Source of the DNA: Turneriella sp.
GTDB lineage: Bacteria; Spirochaetota; Leptospiria; Turneriellales; Turneriellaceae
NCBI GenBank assembly: GCA_965279515.1
Contig: CBDIID010000003.1
Coordinates: 928,001 to 992,000 of the forward strand
Length of the DNA: 64,000 bases
Direction: 5' to 3'
Every line of letters starts with the position of its first letter. The stretch's first letter is position 1. The notes under the pieces are model-generated. The model made no database searches. It saw only the letters and a program-made list of their open reading frames with translations, and was not told the DNA's origin. The position numbers and the translations under genes are program-made. Shown here piece after piece: positions 1 through 10,453 of this stretch.

Positions 1-972
1 CGGGGCGAGCAGAGGTAAGTACGCAGCTTTGACCTGAGTATTAACAGAACTAAAAATGAGACCGTCAGCAATGCGTATATATGGCGAGAACGTAACCGCC
101 ATCTTCTTCGGTTTGAGATCCCAATAGAGAGCAAGTTGAAAGAGCACAGGAATAAGAGTGATGTCACCAGTGCTGACAGCTTGGCCATTCTGGAATAGAT
201 CCTGCGAGAATTTGTGATAACCCGCATTGATACCAAAGCGTAAACGCAGGTTATGCTTTTTTAGTGGCAAGAAGCTCATCTCGGGAACCTGAATAGAGTT
301 TTCGACGGTAAAACCGATAACCCCGAATTTCAACAGGCTGATATCTGCCGTCGGCACCAGCGGCGTATAATATGCTCCAATACGCGGGTCGAGTTTTGAC
401 CATTTGGCGAAGAGGCCCTGCCCCGGATGGATGGTGCTGCGGCCGCCTGAGATGTCCACCGTTTGCACTGTATCCATCGTCATATCGAGAGGAAAGGCCT
501 GCACACCTAAGCCCGCAGCCGGCGCTTTGTCGGCTTGTTGCTCCATGGCAAAGTTAAATCCCCATGCCATGCCGCGGCTGGTTTCGTAATAAGGCAGTTG
601 TCTTTTCTCACCGGCTTTTGACAGCGTCAGAAGCGTGGTATCATAGCGGCGTTTGATGTCGCTACGCTCAATGGCCATCGAACGCGCCAGGAAGGGGCTA
701 CCGACAAAACGGCACTCGCCGTTCGCCATTTTGGAAGGTTTCTTGAATTTTCCCTTGGGAAGATATTTCGGAAAATCTTTTTCATCGCAGTACTTTTCGG
801 GCATGATCGCGTTGCGCACATCGATCGAGGCCGACTTATCGGTTTCGGAAACGTACTCCGCGTGCAGCAAAATGCCGTCGACGGTTTCAATGACGACGTC
901 GGTTTTGGGCGGCGCCGCCATGAGAAAAAAAGTGGCGCCGCTTAAAATAGTGGCAACAATTGCAGTTTTCAT
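1..972 (-). CDS. Partial (runs off window edge) exported protein, probable outer-membrane beta-barrel C-terminal region
   Basis: Not in ORF track because truncated. Read by hand: ATG at 972, MKTAIVATILSGATFFLMAAPPKT (signal-peptide-like), frame open to position 1; later part has alternating aromatic/aliphatic strands (LRFGINAGYHKF, FSPYIRIADG). Confidence 0.65.
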   Translation of the reverse strand, partial: MKTAIVATILSGATFFLMAAPPKTDVVIETVDGILLHAEYVSETDKSASIDVRNAIMPEKYCDEKDFPKYLPKGKFKKPSKMANGECRFVGSPFLARSMAIERSDIKRRYDTTLLTLSKAGEKRQLPYYETSRGMAWGFNFAMEQQADKAPAAGLGVQAFPLDMTMDTVQTVDISGGRSTIHPGQGLFAKWSKLDPRIGAYYTPLVPTADISLLKFGVIGFTVENSIQVPEMSFLPLKKHNLRLRFGINAGYHKFSQDLFQNGQAVSTGDITLIPVLFQLALYWDLKPKKMAVTFSPYIRIADGLIFSSVNTQVKAAYLPLLAP

Positions 973-1023
973 TCGTATAATACCTTTCCCGACGGTGGAA
1001 AAGGCAGAAATACAACAAAAAAA

Positions 1024-4000
1024 TCAGGCCGTTAGGGCTTTCGATGCGCCCGCGGCGAGCACGCCGAGCTTCATGAGCAACCGGCGTGTAATGGCCACCG
1101 GGTCAAAAGCCGAATCTTCCTTATAAATAAGCTGTTTAGAATCCATCAGCAACGCCAGCGCTGCCGGGTCGGCAAACTGCTCGCCCCACAGGCCCTCGAT
1201 GAAGCGGCCACCCTGCACCAGGCCACGCATCTCCAAAAGGCGGAGGGTTCTCACAAACTTAGGCCAGGGTACCTTGAAGAAATCATTTTCCGCAGCGTAG
1301 CGGTAGATCACGCCCTGGCGCGCAAGCTGCATGCCGGCAATGGCGACCGCGCGTTCATCGGCATCCACAGCTTCGGGAAATACCACACGCGCAAAGCGCC
1401 CCGGAGGAAATTGCGCTGCCCCGGTGCCGCCATACCGCATAGCTGCACTGGGGCGGCGCGTGGCCGGGCGGGAGAGACGGCGCAGGGCAAAAAACTGGTC
1501 CGAAGTGATGAGTCCCCGGGCGATCAGCTCTTTCAGTCCGCGCAATGTCTGTTCAGAAAAGAATTTACCCGCATGGTGGATGTCCCCCGCAAACGAGGCA
1601 CCGTTTTTTTCGAGATACTCATAGATGCGCCGCGCATCGGCCGACAGCGTATTCAGCGACGCCGCTTCGAAACCTTCACCCAGCTGGTACCAGAGCTCGC
1701 GGCTCAGAATCATGTAGCGCGTTTTCGGTGTGATACTCTTCACCGTCGCCTCGGCGGTAGCCGGCCGCCACCAGAAAAACTCGCCGGTCAGAAATATATC
1801 CTCGAGCATGCGCTCGGAAAAATCGTTGATGCGGCGCTGCAGCGCGGCAACCCAATCGGCCTGCGAAAGCGCCACACCCTGCAGCTGACGCAAAATTTTC
1901 CGCAGCGATTCAACCCCTGCGAGTGGCTCTCCGCCCGCATGCTGCCAGACCTGTAGAAAGGTGAGGTATCCTTCGGGAGTCACCCTGTGCTGACCCTCGC
2001 GCGGGCGGCGGTTATAGTGCAGAAGGCGTTGGTAGAAGGCGCGCTCGACAAAGAATTTGCCGCCCTTTCGCTCTAGCTGAAAAACACTGCCGGAATTTTC
2101 GAGAGCCAGAAGTGCGAGAGTGACGGCGCTCTCCGGGAAATTCAGGCGAACCGCGATCTCCGCAACAGCCATGGGCCCCAATAGCTCAAGGTGAGCGAGC
2201 ACGATAGTCTCAATCGCGGTGAAGCGGCGCTGATCCGCAATCTCGTTACCCTCACCCAAAACTGTGGCATAAGCATCTTCGATCAAACCAAGTTTGTCCG
2301 CGCTGAACAAAAATCTTCCGCCGGCTGGGAGGGGGACAACCTTGCCTTCTTCGATGAGAGCAGCCAGCCCGGTGGAAAATCCCAGCTGACTTGCCTCGGC
2401 TTCAGGTAAAACGGCAAATTGCGTGATACGGTCATAGAGCTCGTAGGCATTGCGTGCGGGATAAAGCGACTCGGCCTTAACGGCTGCAATTGTGGAGTCG
2501 GATATTTCATCGCCCTCACGCTCTTCAAAATTCGTGCGCACCGCGCGTGTGCGTCGCTCTTCGAGCGGTGCATCGTCGAGAAAAGCATAGGGTCGCGCAT
2601 TGATGATTTCATGCGCCAGCTGTGAGGGTTCGCTGCTGTCGAGTGTCACGGTCTGAATGGCGCCGCTCTCGAGCCCCTTCAGCACGCCCAGAAAGCCATC
2701 CACATCCATCGCTTCGTGCAAACAGTCATAGAGCGTCTGCTCGACGAGCGGGTGTTCGGGTATCGAGCGCGGGCCGGAGAGATTCTCGGCGCAGGCAATC
2801 TGATCGGGGAAAAGCAACGCAATGAGATCCTGCGCATTCGATTTTTGCCACTGCGCCGGTGTCTTACCCTTCGCATTGCGGCGAAGAATCGCCAGCGCAC
2901 GCGAGGCATTCCAGCGCCAGCGGATTTCAAACATCGGCGCATCTAAGAGCGCCTGAATCAAGACGTCGCGCGCCGATTTGGAGGAAAGATAAGAGAAAAC
3001 TTCATCGAGCACGAAAGAGTGCGTGTGGCTGAGTGAAAGGATAATCGCGCTATCATTGGCCGCCGCCTGCAGTTCGAAGTTAAACTGTCGGCAAAAGCGC
3101 TTGCGCAAGGCCAGCCCCCAGGCGCGGTTGATCTGCGTGCCAAAGGGCGAGTGCAGAACGATGTGGCAGTTATTGACCTCGTCGAAAAAACGCTCGAGAA
3201 TAATCGTCGTCTGGGTGGGCAGGGTTTTCAGGTGATCGTGCGAGGCACGCAGGTATTCGGCCAATTCGCGGATTTCCCGCACAGCCAACCCGGTTTCGAC
3301 GCCGGTTGCCTGCGTAAATGCTTCGATATCGGGGTTTGCGAGAAAATGTTCATTTAACGACGAAACCGCGCGGCTGAGGGCGTCACTGCGGCCCGGCACA
3401 TCGACAATCCAGAACGGAATCGTCGGGTGTTTGTCGGGTGCGGCAAAAACCGAGACGCGGTTGCCGCGCACGGCCGTGATCTGCCACATGCGGTTGCCGA
3501 GTTGAAAGACATCGCCCTGTATCGACTCGATGGCAAAGTCTTCATGCACCGTGCCAACAAAAACCTGCTCGCGCTCGTCGACGACTTCATACTCAAAATT
3601 CTCGGGTATCGCACCGCCGTTCAAAGCCGCATAGATGCGCGTGCCGGGGCGGGCATGCAGGTGCTGCGATATCTGGTCATAGAAGAGGTAACGCGCCTTA
3701 CGGCCGAAGCGCAGCGAATAGCCGTCATTCAGCATCTGCAGAATCTGGCGGAATTTCTCTTTCTTTACGTCTCTGTAGACAAAGGAACCCGTAAACAGCT
3801 CAAAGAGTTCGTCGGCGCCATAGTCGCGCATCGAGACCTCGGCGACAATTTGCTGTGCGAGCACATCGAGCGCGGGCGCGCAGAGCGTCACATCTTCGAG
3901 TTCGCCTTTGTGCAGCGCCCGAATGAGCGCGACGCATTCCAGCAGATCGTCGCGCGAGAGCGGAATGAACAAGGCGCGTGAAGTGCCGTGCTTGTGGTGC

Positions 4001-5124
4001 TCGCTTCTGCCGACACGCTGGATAAAAGAGTGGATCGAGCGCGGGGAAGAGATCTGGACCACAAGATCGATCGAACCAATGTCGAGACCCAGCTCGAGCG
4101 ACGATGTGGCGATCATCACCTTGAGTTCACCCGCCTTCAGCATCTGCTCTGCGCGGTGGCGCGCGGCATGCGAAAGCGAGCCGTGGTGTGAGGCGACCAG
4201 GTTCTGCCCCAAAAGCTCAGAGAGATGACGCGCCAATCTCTCACACAGGCGGCGGTTATTCACAAAGATCAGTGTAGTGCGGCGCTGCTGTATCTCTGCC
4301 GCAAGTTTTTGATAGATTTCATCCCATGCCTCGCCGCTCATGACGGCAGAGAGCCCCGCGTCGGGAATGAGCATCTTCACATCGAAGGGCCGTTTTTTCG
4401 CATCGGCGCACAGCGCGATCGGTTCGTTGCCGACAAGATATTGCGCGACTTTCTGCAAGGGGCGCACGGTCGCCGAAATGCCGATGCGCTGCATTTTTGC
4501 GTAGTTGCCGACATCCCCCTCTTCTTTTGCCTTTTGCAGACGCAGATTCTCCAGGCGCTCGAGCGATAAGGCAAGATGCGCACCGCGGCGGTTTGAAACC
4601 AGCGCGTGGATTTCATCGACGATCACGGTTTCAATCGTCGAGAGCAGTTCGCGGCCTGAACCGCTGGTGAGCAGCAGATAGAGAGATTCAGGGGTTGTTA
4701 CCACAATCTGCGGCTTCAGGCGCACGAGCTTCGCGCGCTCAGACGAAGTGCTGTCACCGGTGCGCACCATCGCATGGATTTCGTCGATGTCAATGCCCTC
4801 TTTTTTAAGTTCGTTCTGGATGCCGGTGAGCGGTGCGCGCAGGTTTTTTTCGATATCGTTCGAAAGCGCTTTCAGCGGTGAAATATAAAGGATGCGTGCC
4901 GCGCGGATATTTTCGCCTGCGGCAGCACGGCGTACCAGACTGTCGATGATCGCGAGGAACCCGGCCAGCGTCTTACCTTCCCCGGTGGGTGCACTGATGA
5001 GAGCATGCTGTTTCTGCGAGAGCGCCGACCATGCCTCAAGCTGAATGGGCGTGGGATTTCCCAACGTTTCGGCGAACCAGCGCCGTGTCGCCGAATGGAA
5101 TATTGTCGGAAGGTCGGCAACCAC
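1024..5124 (-). CDS. lhr: Lhr family SF2 DEAD/DEAH-box helicase (long form)
   Basis: APTGEGKT, VDEIH, ISAT, QRVGRS motifs; C-terminal GGRFIEGLWGEQFA typical of long Lhr. Likely start GTG 5124 rather than 5232, which would overlap the divergent ORF. Confidence 0.9.
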   Translation of the reverse strand: MVADLPTIFHSATRRWFAETLGNPTPIQLEAWSALSQKQHALISAPTGEGKTLAGFLAIIDSLVRRAAAGENIRAARILYISPLKALSNDIEKNLRAPLTGIQNELKKEGIDIDEIHAMVRTGDSTSSERAKLVRLKPQIVVTTPESLYLLLTSGSGRELLSTIETVIVDEIHALVSNRRGAHLALSLERLENLRLQKAKEEGDVGNYAKMQRIGISATVRPLQKVAQYLVGNEPIALCADAKKRPFDVKMLIPDAGLSAVMSGEAWDEIYQKLAAEIQQRRTTLIFVNNRRLCERLARHLSELLGQNLVASHHGSLSHAARHRAEQMLKAGELKVMIATSSLELGLDIGSIDLVVQISSPRSIHSFIQRVGRSEHHKHGTSRALFIPLSRDDLLECVALIRALHKGELEDVTLCAPALDVLAQQIVAEVSMRDYGADELFELFTGSFVYRDVKKEKFRQILQMLNDGYSLRFGRKARYLFYDQISQHLHARPGTRIYAALNGGAIPENFEYEVVDEREQVFVGTVHEDFAIESIQGDVFQLGNRMWQITAVRGNRVSVFAAPDKHPTIPFWIVDVPGRSDALSRAVSSLNEHFLANPDIEAFTQATGVETGLAVREIRELAEYLRASHDHLKTLPTQTTIILERFFDEVNNCHIVLHSPFGTQINRAWGLALRKRFCRQFNFELQAAANDSAIILSLSHTHSFVLDEVFSYLSSKSARDVLIQALLDAPMFEIRWRWNASRALAILRRNAKGKTPAQWQKSNAQDLIALLFPDQIACAENLSGPRSIPEHPLVEQTLYDCLHEAMDVDGFLGVLKGLESGAIQTVTLDSSEPSQLAHEIINARPYAFLDDAPLEERRTRAVRTNFEEREGDEISDSTIAAVKAESLYPARNAYELYDRITQFAVLPEAEASQLGFSTGLAALIEEGKVVPLPAGGRFLFSADKLGLIEDAYATVLGEGNEIADQRRFTAIETIVLAHLELLGPMAVAEIAVRLNFPESAVTLALLALENSGSVFQLERKGGKFFVERAFYQRLLHYNRRPREGQHRVTPEGYLTFLQVWQHAGGEPLAGVESLRKILRQLQGVALSQADWVAALQRRINDFSERMLEDIFLTGEFFWWRPATAEATVKSITPKTRYMILSRELWYQLGEGFEAASLNTLSADARRIYEYLEKNGASFAGDIHHAGKFFSEQTLRGLKELIARGLITSDQFFALRRLSRPATRRPSAAMRYGGTGAAQFPPGRFARVVFPEAVDADERAVAIAGMQLARQGVIYRYAAENDFFKVPWPKFVRTLRLLEMRGLVQGGRFIEGLWGEQFADPAALALLMDSKQLIYKEDSAFDPVAITRRLLMKLGVLAAGASKALTA

Positions 5125-5273
5125 TGGGGACAGATTATGCCGGAAAACACCCCGCGACAAGTTTTTATGGAAGCTGAAAAGACTCTGATAATTTGTCGTG
5201 CTTAGTAATTCAGGTCCGTCTGATTGCCTCATGTGCTTATACGGGCTATTTGAGGAATCCGGGAGTTGTTTGT

Positions 5274-7541
5274 ATGAATTTTAATTTTGTTGCGCTATTC
5301 AAGGAACTGACGTTTAAAATTGAACTGTTTACCTATCTGGTGCCGGTACCTGTTGCGGTTTATTTTGCTTTCACAACAGTAAGCAAGTACATCGACGACG
5401 CTTCTAAGGGTATTGCTTTCGTCGTCAGCTTCCTGATCGCCGCAAGCTGCAACGCCACGGCCGCAATAACATGGCGTTATTTCCGATTGCGGAAAATTGC
5501 TGCCTCCCTTAAAAACGGAACAAACCCGCCTGAGGCCACGAAAAAAATGCTTTTGGGCCAACCGCGTTTCGAAGCCACACTGATGGTCTTCCGCTGGGTA
5601 TTCGGATGCATTCAGGGATTTGCGGGAACGTTCTTCTTTTCAGGAATCCCCGCCAGCGCCTGCGTCGAACTCTCGATCGTTTTGCTCGGCTTGCTGGTGC
5701 CACTCGAAAGTGCCGCAACTTACATTATGAGCGAGGCGGCGGTCGCAAAAGTTCTCGAAAAGCCGCCTTTTGATCACGTCGTAATACCCGAAAAGACCGT
5801 GAGGTTCCATCCCTACTGGCTGAAAATCGTTTGGACTGTCTTATCGGTTGTATGGTTGCCATATTTTATGCTGAGTTACCTTATGTACGCGGAGCGCTCC
5901 GGGATGGTTCAGATCACAAATCCCATGACGCATATCCTTATTATGGGTGGTCTCATCATCTTACCGATCGCAATTATGTCTTATTATTTAGGCCGGGGGG
6001 TTTCGCGGGGCCTCAAAACAGTATACTCACAATTGAGGAGAGTGAGCGACGGAGATTTTGAGGTCACAACAGCCGCAACGACGAAAGATGAGTTCGGGGC
6101 GCAAGCCTATGTCCTGAACGACGTCATTTCACGCCTGCGGGGCCTTTATGAAAATATTACGGAACTCAACGCGACGCTTGAATCCAAAGTGAGCCATCGC
6201 ACAAGCGAACTTAACGAAACGCTGAGCGAAATTCGCGAGATAAAGAAACAGCAAGACGGGGATTATTTTCTCACGAGTTTGCTTTTACATCCGCTCAACG
6301 GTAATTTCGCCCAGAGCGAAAAAATTGAACTCGTATCTTTTGTGCGGCAAAAAAAGACATTTGAGTTCCGTAACAGACCATCAGAACTCGGAGGAGATCT
6401 CATCGCCACATATAATGTGCAACTGAACGATCGCCGGTACATAGCTTTTGTGAACGGGGATTGTATGGGCAAGTCGATGCAGGGCGCAGGCGGAGCAATC
6501 GTTCTCGGCACCGTTTTCAAATCCTTTGTCAATCGGACCAAATTTCAGGCAAGGCGGGATGAGATTTATCCGGAGCAGTGGCTGCGCGAATGTTTGTTGG
6601 AACTTCAGGACGTTTTCACGGGATTCGACGGTCACATGGCAACCTCGGCCATCATCGGCCTGATCGACGAAGAAAATGGCGTAGTCTATATGATTAACGC
6701 CGAGCATCCCTGGTCAGTCCTCTACCGCAACGGTAAGGCTTCCTTCCTGAAAGAACAGACCGCAATGTACAAGATTGGTTTTCCCGATGCGGAGAAGAAT
6801 ATGTCCATCAATATTGTCCGGCTGCTTCCGGGGGACGCCATCATTTGCGGCTCGGACGGAAGGGACGACATCATACTCGGCGGCAGCAACGATATGCGGG
6901 AAATAAACTCGGACGAGGCCAAATTTCTGATCTCCGTGGAAGCAGGGAAAGCGGATCCAGCGCTTATTTTCAAAGAACTCGAATCCAGCGGGAATCTGAT
7001 CGACGATCTCTCACTGATGCGGATATCCCTGAAACAAGGCGCCCAATCGTATCTCGACGAAACCTCCGGTACCGAGGAAGTTGATCAAGCCAGATCATTT
7101 TACCAGGCCGGTGAAAACGCCAAGGCGATCGCTATACTTGCGGAACGAGTCCGAAGCGGCGGACCGACGTCGCGCGGGATCGTTCGCATGTTAGCACAAT
7201 TGTACGCGCAGGATAAAAGATATCTCGAGGGACTGAGAATCTGTGAGGAGTTCAGTCAGAATTTCCCCGAAGAAAATACGCTTCTCTACGTAGCCGCTTA
7301 TTGCGCGCTCCGGCTCGGAGACCGCGCTAAAGCGTTAGACCTTTCAGAACGCTTGCGGTTACGTGCGCGGGAACACATTGAAAACCTACTCCTATTGGCC
7401 CGTTTATATGGCCGTAGAAATAGCGTCCGAACACGAATGCTTTTGAATGAAATATTGCAACTACAGCCGAAGAATATAAAGGCGGCAAGTCTGCTGAGGC
7501 AATTAGACGATAGCGTGGATACCGATCTGCTCTCCGCGTAG
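5274..7541 (+). CDS. Membrane HAMP + SpoIIE/PP2C-type phosphatase with TPR-like C-terminus
   Basis: About 6 TM segments, HAMP (RVSDGDF..DEFG), QQDGDYFLTSLLL, GGDLI, GDCMGKSMQGAGGA, GSDGRDD, DDLSL; helical C-terminal repeats. Start ATG 5274. Confidence 0.85.
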   Translation: MNFNFVALFKELTFKIELFTYLVPVPVAVYFAFTTVSKYIDDASKGIAFVVSFLIAASCNATAAITWRYFRLRKIAASLKNGTNPPEATKKMLLGQPRFEATLMVFRWVFGCIQGFAGTFFFSGIPASACVELSIVLLGLLVPLESAATYIMSEAAVAKVLEKPPFDHVVIPEKTVRFHPYWLKIVWTVLSVVWLPYFMLSYLMYAERSGMVQITNPMTHILIMGGLIILPIAIMSYYLGRGVSRGLKTVYSQLRRVSDGDFEVTTAATTKDEFGAQAYVLNDVISRLRGLYENITELNATLESKVSHRTSELNETLSEIREIKKQQDGDYFLTSLLLHPLNGNFAQSEKIELVSFVRQKKTFEFRNRPSELGGDLIATYNVQLNDRRYIAFVNGDCMGKSMQGAGGAIVLGTVFKSFVNRTKFQARRDEIYPEQWLRECLLELQDVFTGFDGHMATSAIIGLIDEENGVVYMINAEHPWSVLYRNGKASFLKEQTAMYKIGFPDAEKNMSINIVRLLPGDAIICGSDGRDDIILGGSNDMREINSDEAKFLISVEAGKADPALIFKELESSGNLIDDLSLMRISLKQGAQSYLDETSGTEEVDQARSFYQAGENAKAIAILAERVRSGGPTSRGIVRMLAQLYAQDKRYLEGLRICEEFSQNFPEENTLLYVAAYCALRLGDRAKALDLSERLRLRAREHIENLLLLARLYGRRNSVRTRMLLNEILQLQPKNIKAASLLRQLDDSVDTDLLSA

Positions 7542-7637
7542 AATAAGAGCAGTCATGGTTGGCTCTGAAGCTTAAAAAACTAAGCCATCTGCGCATCGAA
7601 CTACTTTACACTGACTCTGAACCTGAAAACATGCGGC

Positions 7638-8129
7638 GTGCGTAACGCTGTCTACCCCGGTAGTTTTGACCCCTTTACCAATGGCCATCTCGATATTGTG
7701 CAGCGTTCGTTGCGCGTCGCGGACACACTGACGATTGCGGTGCTCAAGAACACCTCGAAGAAGAGTATGTTCACGCCCGACGAGCGCGTGGATATTATCC
7801 GCGAGGTACTCAAGGATTATCCGCAGGTAAAGGTCGAGACCTTTGAAGGCTTGCTTGTCGATTTTTGCCGCACGCGCGATATCCGCATCGTTATCCGCGG
7901 CCTCAGGGCAGTCTCCGATTTTGACTACGAACACGCGATTTTTCTGATGAACCGCAAGCTTTTGCCCGACCTCGAAACCATGTTCCTGATGGCTGCTTCT
8001 GATAACTCTTTTATTTCCAGCACGATTGTAAAAGAAGTCGCGCATTTTGGCGGCAACATTTCAGACCAGGTGCCGGCTATTGTCTTTGAGCGGATGCAAC
8101 AAAAGAAAAAAAGTCACCATGGCGAATAA
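7638..8129 (+). CDS. coaD: Phosphopantetheine adenylyltransferase
   Basis: AVYPGSFDPFTNGHLDI, IRGLRAVSDFDYE, ISSTIVKE. Confidence 0.97.
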   Translation: MRNAVYPGSFDPFTNGHLDIVQRSLRVADTLTIAVLKNTSKKSMFTPDERVDIIREVLKDYPQVKVETFEGLLVDFCRTRDIRIVIRGLRAVSDFDYEHAIFLMNRKLLPDLETMFLMAASDNSFISSTIVKEVAHFGGNISDQVPAIVFERMQQKKKSHHGE

Positions 8130-8153
8130 GAGCAAGAAAACCTTTTGGGGCGT

Positions 8154-9773
8154 ATGGTGACAGCTGCTCGCGGGCTCGGCGTCGGTTATCGCGCGGCGCT
8201 GGGGCTCACGATCCTTTCCGCTGCGCTGATTTCAGTCTCCTACGTGCCTTATAATATCTTTCCGCTGGGCTTCCTGGGGCTGATGCCCCTCTTCTACCTC
8301 TTTGAGCATTTTGTACCGAAACGCAAACAGCTCTTCTACCTGTGGCTGGTCTGGATCTTAATTCTGAATTTCATCGCATACCACTGGATCATGCATACCA
8401 TTGCGGTCTACGGCATGATGCCGACGTTTGTGGCTTTTCCTTTGTTCATCCTTTATACGCTCGGTACGGGCAGCAAAATGCTGTTCTTTCTCGTCTTCCT
8501 GAAATGGATGAACCGCCGCGCCGATCTCTTCGACTCTGTCGCCAAACGCACGCTGGCTGTGTCGGCAGCCTTCGGCATCTGCGAGATCGTCGGCTGGCAG
8601 CTCTTCCCCTGGCATGGTGGTAACATTGTCTCCGGGGATATCTGGTATGCCCAGGCGGCGGACCTGATTGGCACGCGCGGGCTTTCCGTGGTCTGGGTCG
8701 CCTTGCAATACCTCGCCTATACCGGTGGCAAAGACTTCTTTTACCGATACAATAAATCTTTTCGGACATTTTTGACGCAGAGCCGCAGCTTCCAGGCGTT
8801 TCTCGCACTTTTCGTGCTGTTCCACGCTTACGGAGCCGTGCGCCTCGACCAGTTTCGCACGGCAGAAACCCAGGCACCCAAAATGCAGATCGGCGTGCCA
8901 CAGGGCAATGTACCGCTCATCACACGCCAACATGAGCGCCCCTACATCATTTCACGGATGGTGGCGCAGACGCAGAAACTCGTTGCCGATGCCAGCAATG
9001 CGGGTAAGAAACCTGACCTGATCGTCTGGCCTGAAAGTTCGATTCCGGCCATGGAATTTGAGCGCTCGATGGAATTAAAATTGGCCGTCACCGATTTACA
9101 AAAATACACCAATACCCCCATCATCATCAACGACATCTATCATGAGAATAACACCGATAAGGATTATTCAAACATGTGGCACCTGGACAATACCGGTATT
9201 CCCCTGAACAGTTATCAGAAAAACTTCCTTCTGCCGTTTGGGGAATTCATGCCGCTGGGAAATCAGTATCCAGCCCTCAAAAATCTTTTTCCCGCGGTCT
9301 CCGATTTTTCGCACGGTGAAAAATTCTCGCTTTTTCATATTGCGACCAGGCACGGTATCGTTAAGGCCATGCCTCTCATCTGTTACGAGGTTATTTTACC
9401 CGAGTATGCCCGGGGTTTCGACACACTGACGCACTATGAGGCTCAGTTTATTATCAACATTACGAACGATGCCTGGTTCGGCGAGAGCATTGAAAGCCTG
9501 CAACACATGACACTGGGCGTGATGCGTGCGATCGAACTCAGGTTGCCGATCGTGCGCTCGACGAACTCCGGGATCAGTGCCTACATCGCCTCGACGGGAG
9601 AGGTTTCCGGTCAAACCAAGCTGTTTGAACGCGTAAACCAACTCTACGAAGTTCCGGCGATGCCGCGTTCAAAAACACTTTTTGCCGTGATCGGCAACAC
9701 GATTCTTTATGCCTTCATCGCCTTATGCTGCGGCTATCTGGGGTTCCTGTGGTTTCGCCGGCGCCAGACTTAG
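8154..9773 (+). CDS. lnt: Apolipoprotein N-acyltransferase
   Basis: Multi-TM N-terminus plus nitrilase triad WPES / KNFLLPFGE / ICYE, NITNDAWFG, RSTNSGIS. Start uncertain (TTG 8145 or ATG 8154). Confidence 0.93.
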   Translation: MVTAARGLGVGYRAALGLTILSAALISVSYVPYNIFPLGFLGLMPLFYLFEHFVPKRKQLFYLWLVWILILNFIAYHWIMHTIAVYGMMPTFVAFPLFILYTLGTGSKMLFFLVFLKWMNRRADLFDSVAKRTLAVSAAFGICEIVGWQLFPWHGGNIVSGDIWYAQAADLIGTRGLSVVWVALQYLAYTGGKDFFYRYNKSFRTFLTQSRSFQAFLALFVLFHAYGAVRLDQFRTAETQAPKMQIGVPQGNVPLITRQHERPYIISRMVAQTQKLVADASNAGKKPDLIVWPESSIPAMEFERSMELKLAVTDLQKYTNTPIIINDIYHENNTDKDYSNMWHLDNTGIPLNSYQKNFLLPFGEFMPLGNQYPALKNLFPAVSDFSHGEKFSLFHIATRHGIVKAMPLICYEVILPEYARGFDTLTHYEAQFIINITNDAWFGESIESLQHMTLGVMRAIELRLPIVRSTNSGISAYIASTGEVSGQTKLFERVNQLYEVPAMPRSKTLFAVIGNTILYAFIALCCGYLGFLWFRRRQT

Positions 9774-10453
9774 CTTTGCGGCAAGTCGATTTTACCGTCG
9801 CGCATCAGCAGGCGGCGTGATGCAGCCATCGCCAGTTCTGATTCATGCGTCACAACAATGATCGTGAGTTTGTCTTCGGCCTGAAGCGTGTTTAACACAT
9901 CAATAAAACGCTGGCGGTTGTCGCTGTCGAGATTTCCGGTCGGTTCATCGGCTAAAACCAGGGGCGGATTTTTCACCACGGCGCGCGCCACGGCCACCCG
10001 CTGGCTCTCTCCCCCTGAAATCTGCGAGGGATAGTGATTCATGCGGTGGTCGAGACCGATACGCTTTAAGATTTTTGCGGCCTTCTCTTTTGCCTCTGCG
10101 TTGGGCACACCCTGCGCGCGCAGGGGCAGCATGACATTCTCCAAAACAGAAAATTCCTGCATCAGGTAGTGGTTCTGGAATATAAAACCGATTTTGTCGC
10201 GGCGGAAGACATCCACCGTCTTATGTTTAATCTCAGCCGTGAGTTCAAGACCGTCGATGACAATCTTGCCCGAGTCGGGTTTATCAAGCGCGCCCAATAG
10301 GTTGAGGAGTGTGCTTTTGCCTGCGCCGGATGGCCCCTGGATTGCGACAAACTCACCCGATTCGACGCTGAAACTGATGCCCTTCAAAACCTCGGCAAAC
10401 GCTTCGCCGTCGCGGTAAGTTTTATGCAAATCTGTAACTTCGAGGATCGGCAT
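9770..10453 (-). CDS. lolD: Lipoprotein-releasing ABC transporter ATP-binding protein
   Basis: GPSGAGKST, ISGGESQR, LADEPTGNLD, VTHE; coupled to LolC/E-type permease. Confidence 0.85.
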   Translation of the reverse strand: MPILEVTDLHKTYRDGEAFAEVLKGISFSVESGEFVAIQGPSGAGKSTLLNLLGALDKPDSGKIVIDGLELTAEIKHKTVDVFRRDKIGFIFQNHYLMQEFSVLENVMLPLRAQGVPNAEAKEKAAKILKRIGLDHRMNHYPSQISGGESQRVAVARAVVKNPPLVLADEPTGNLDSDNRQRFIDVLNTLQAEDKLTIIVVTHESELAMAASRRLLMRDGKIDLPQS

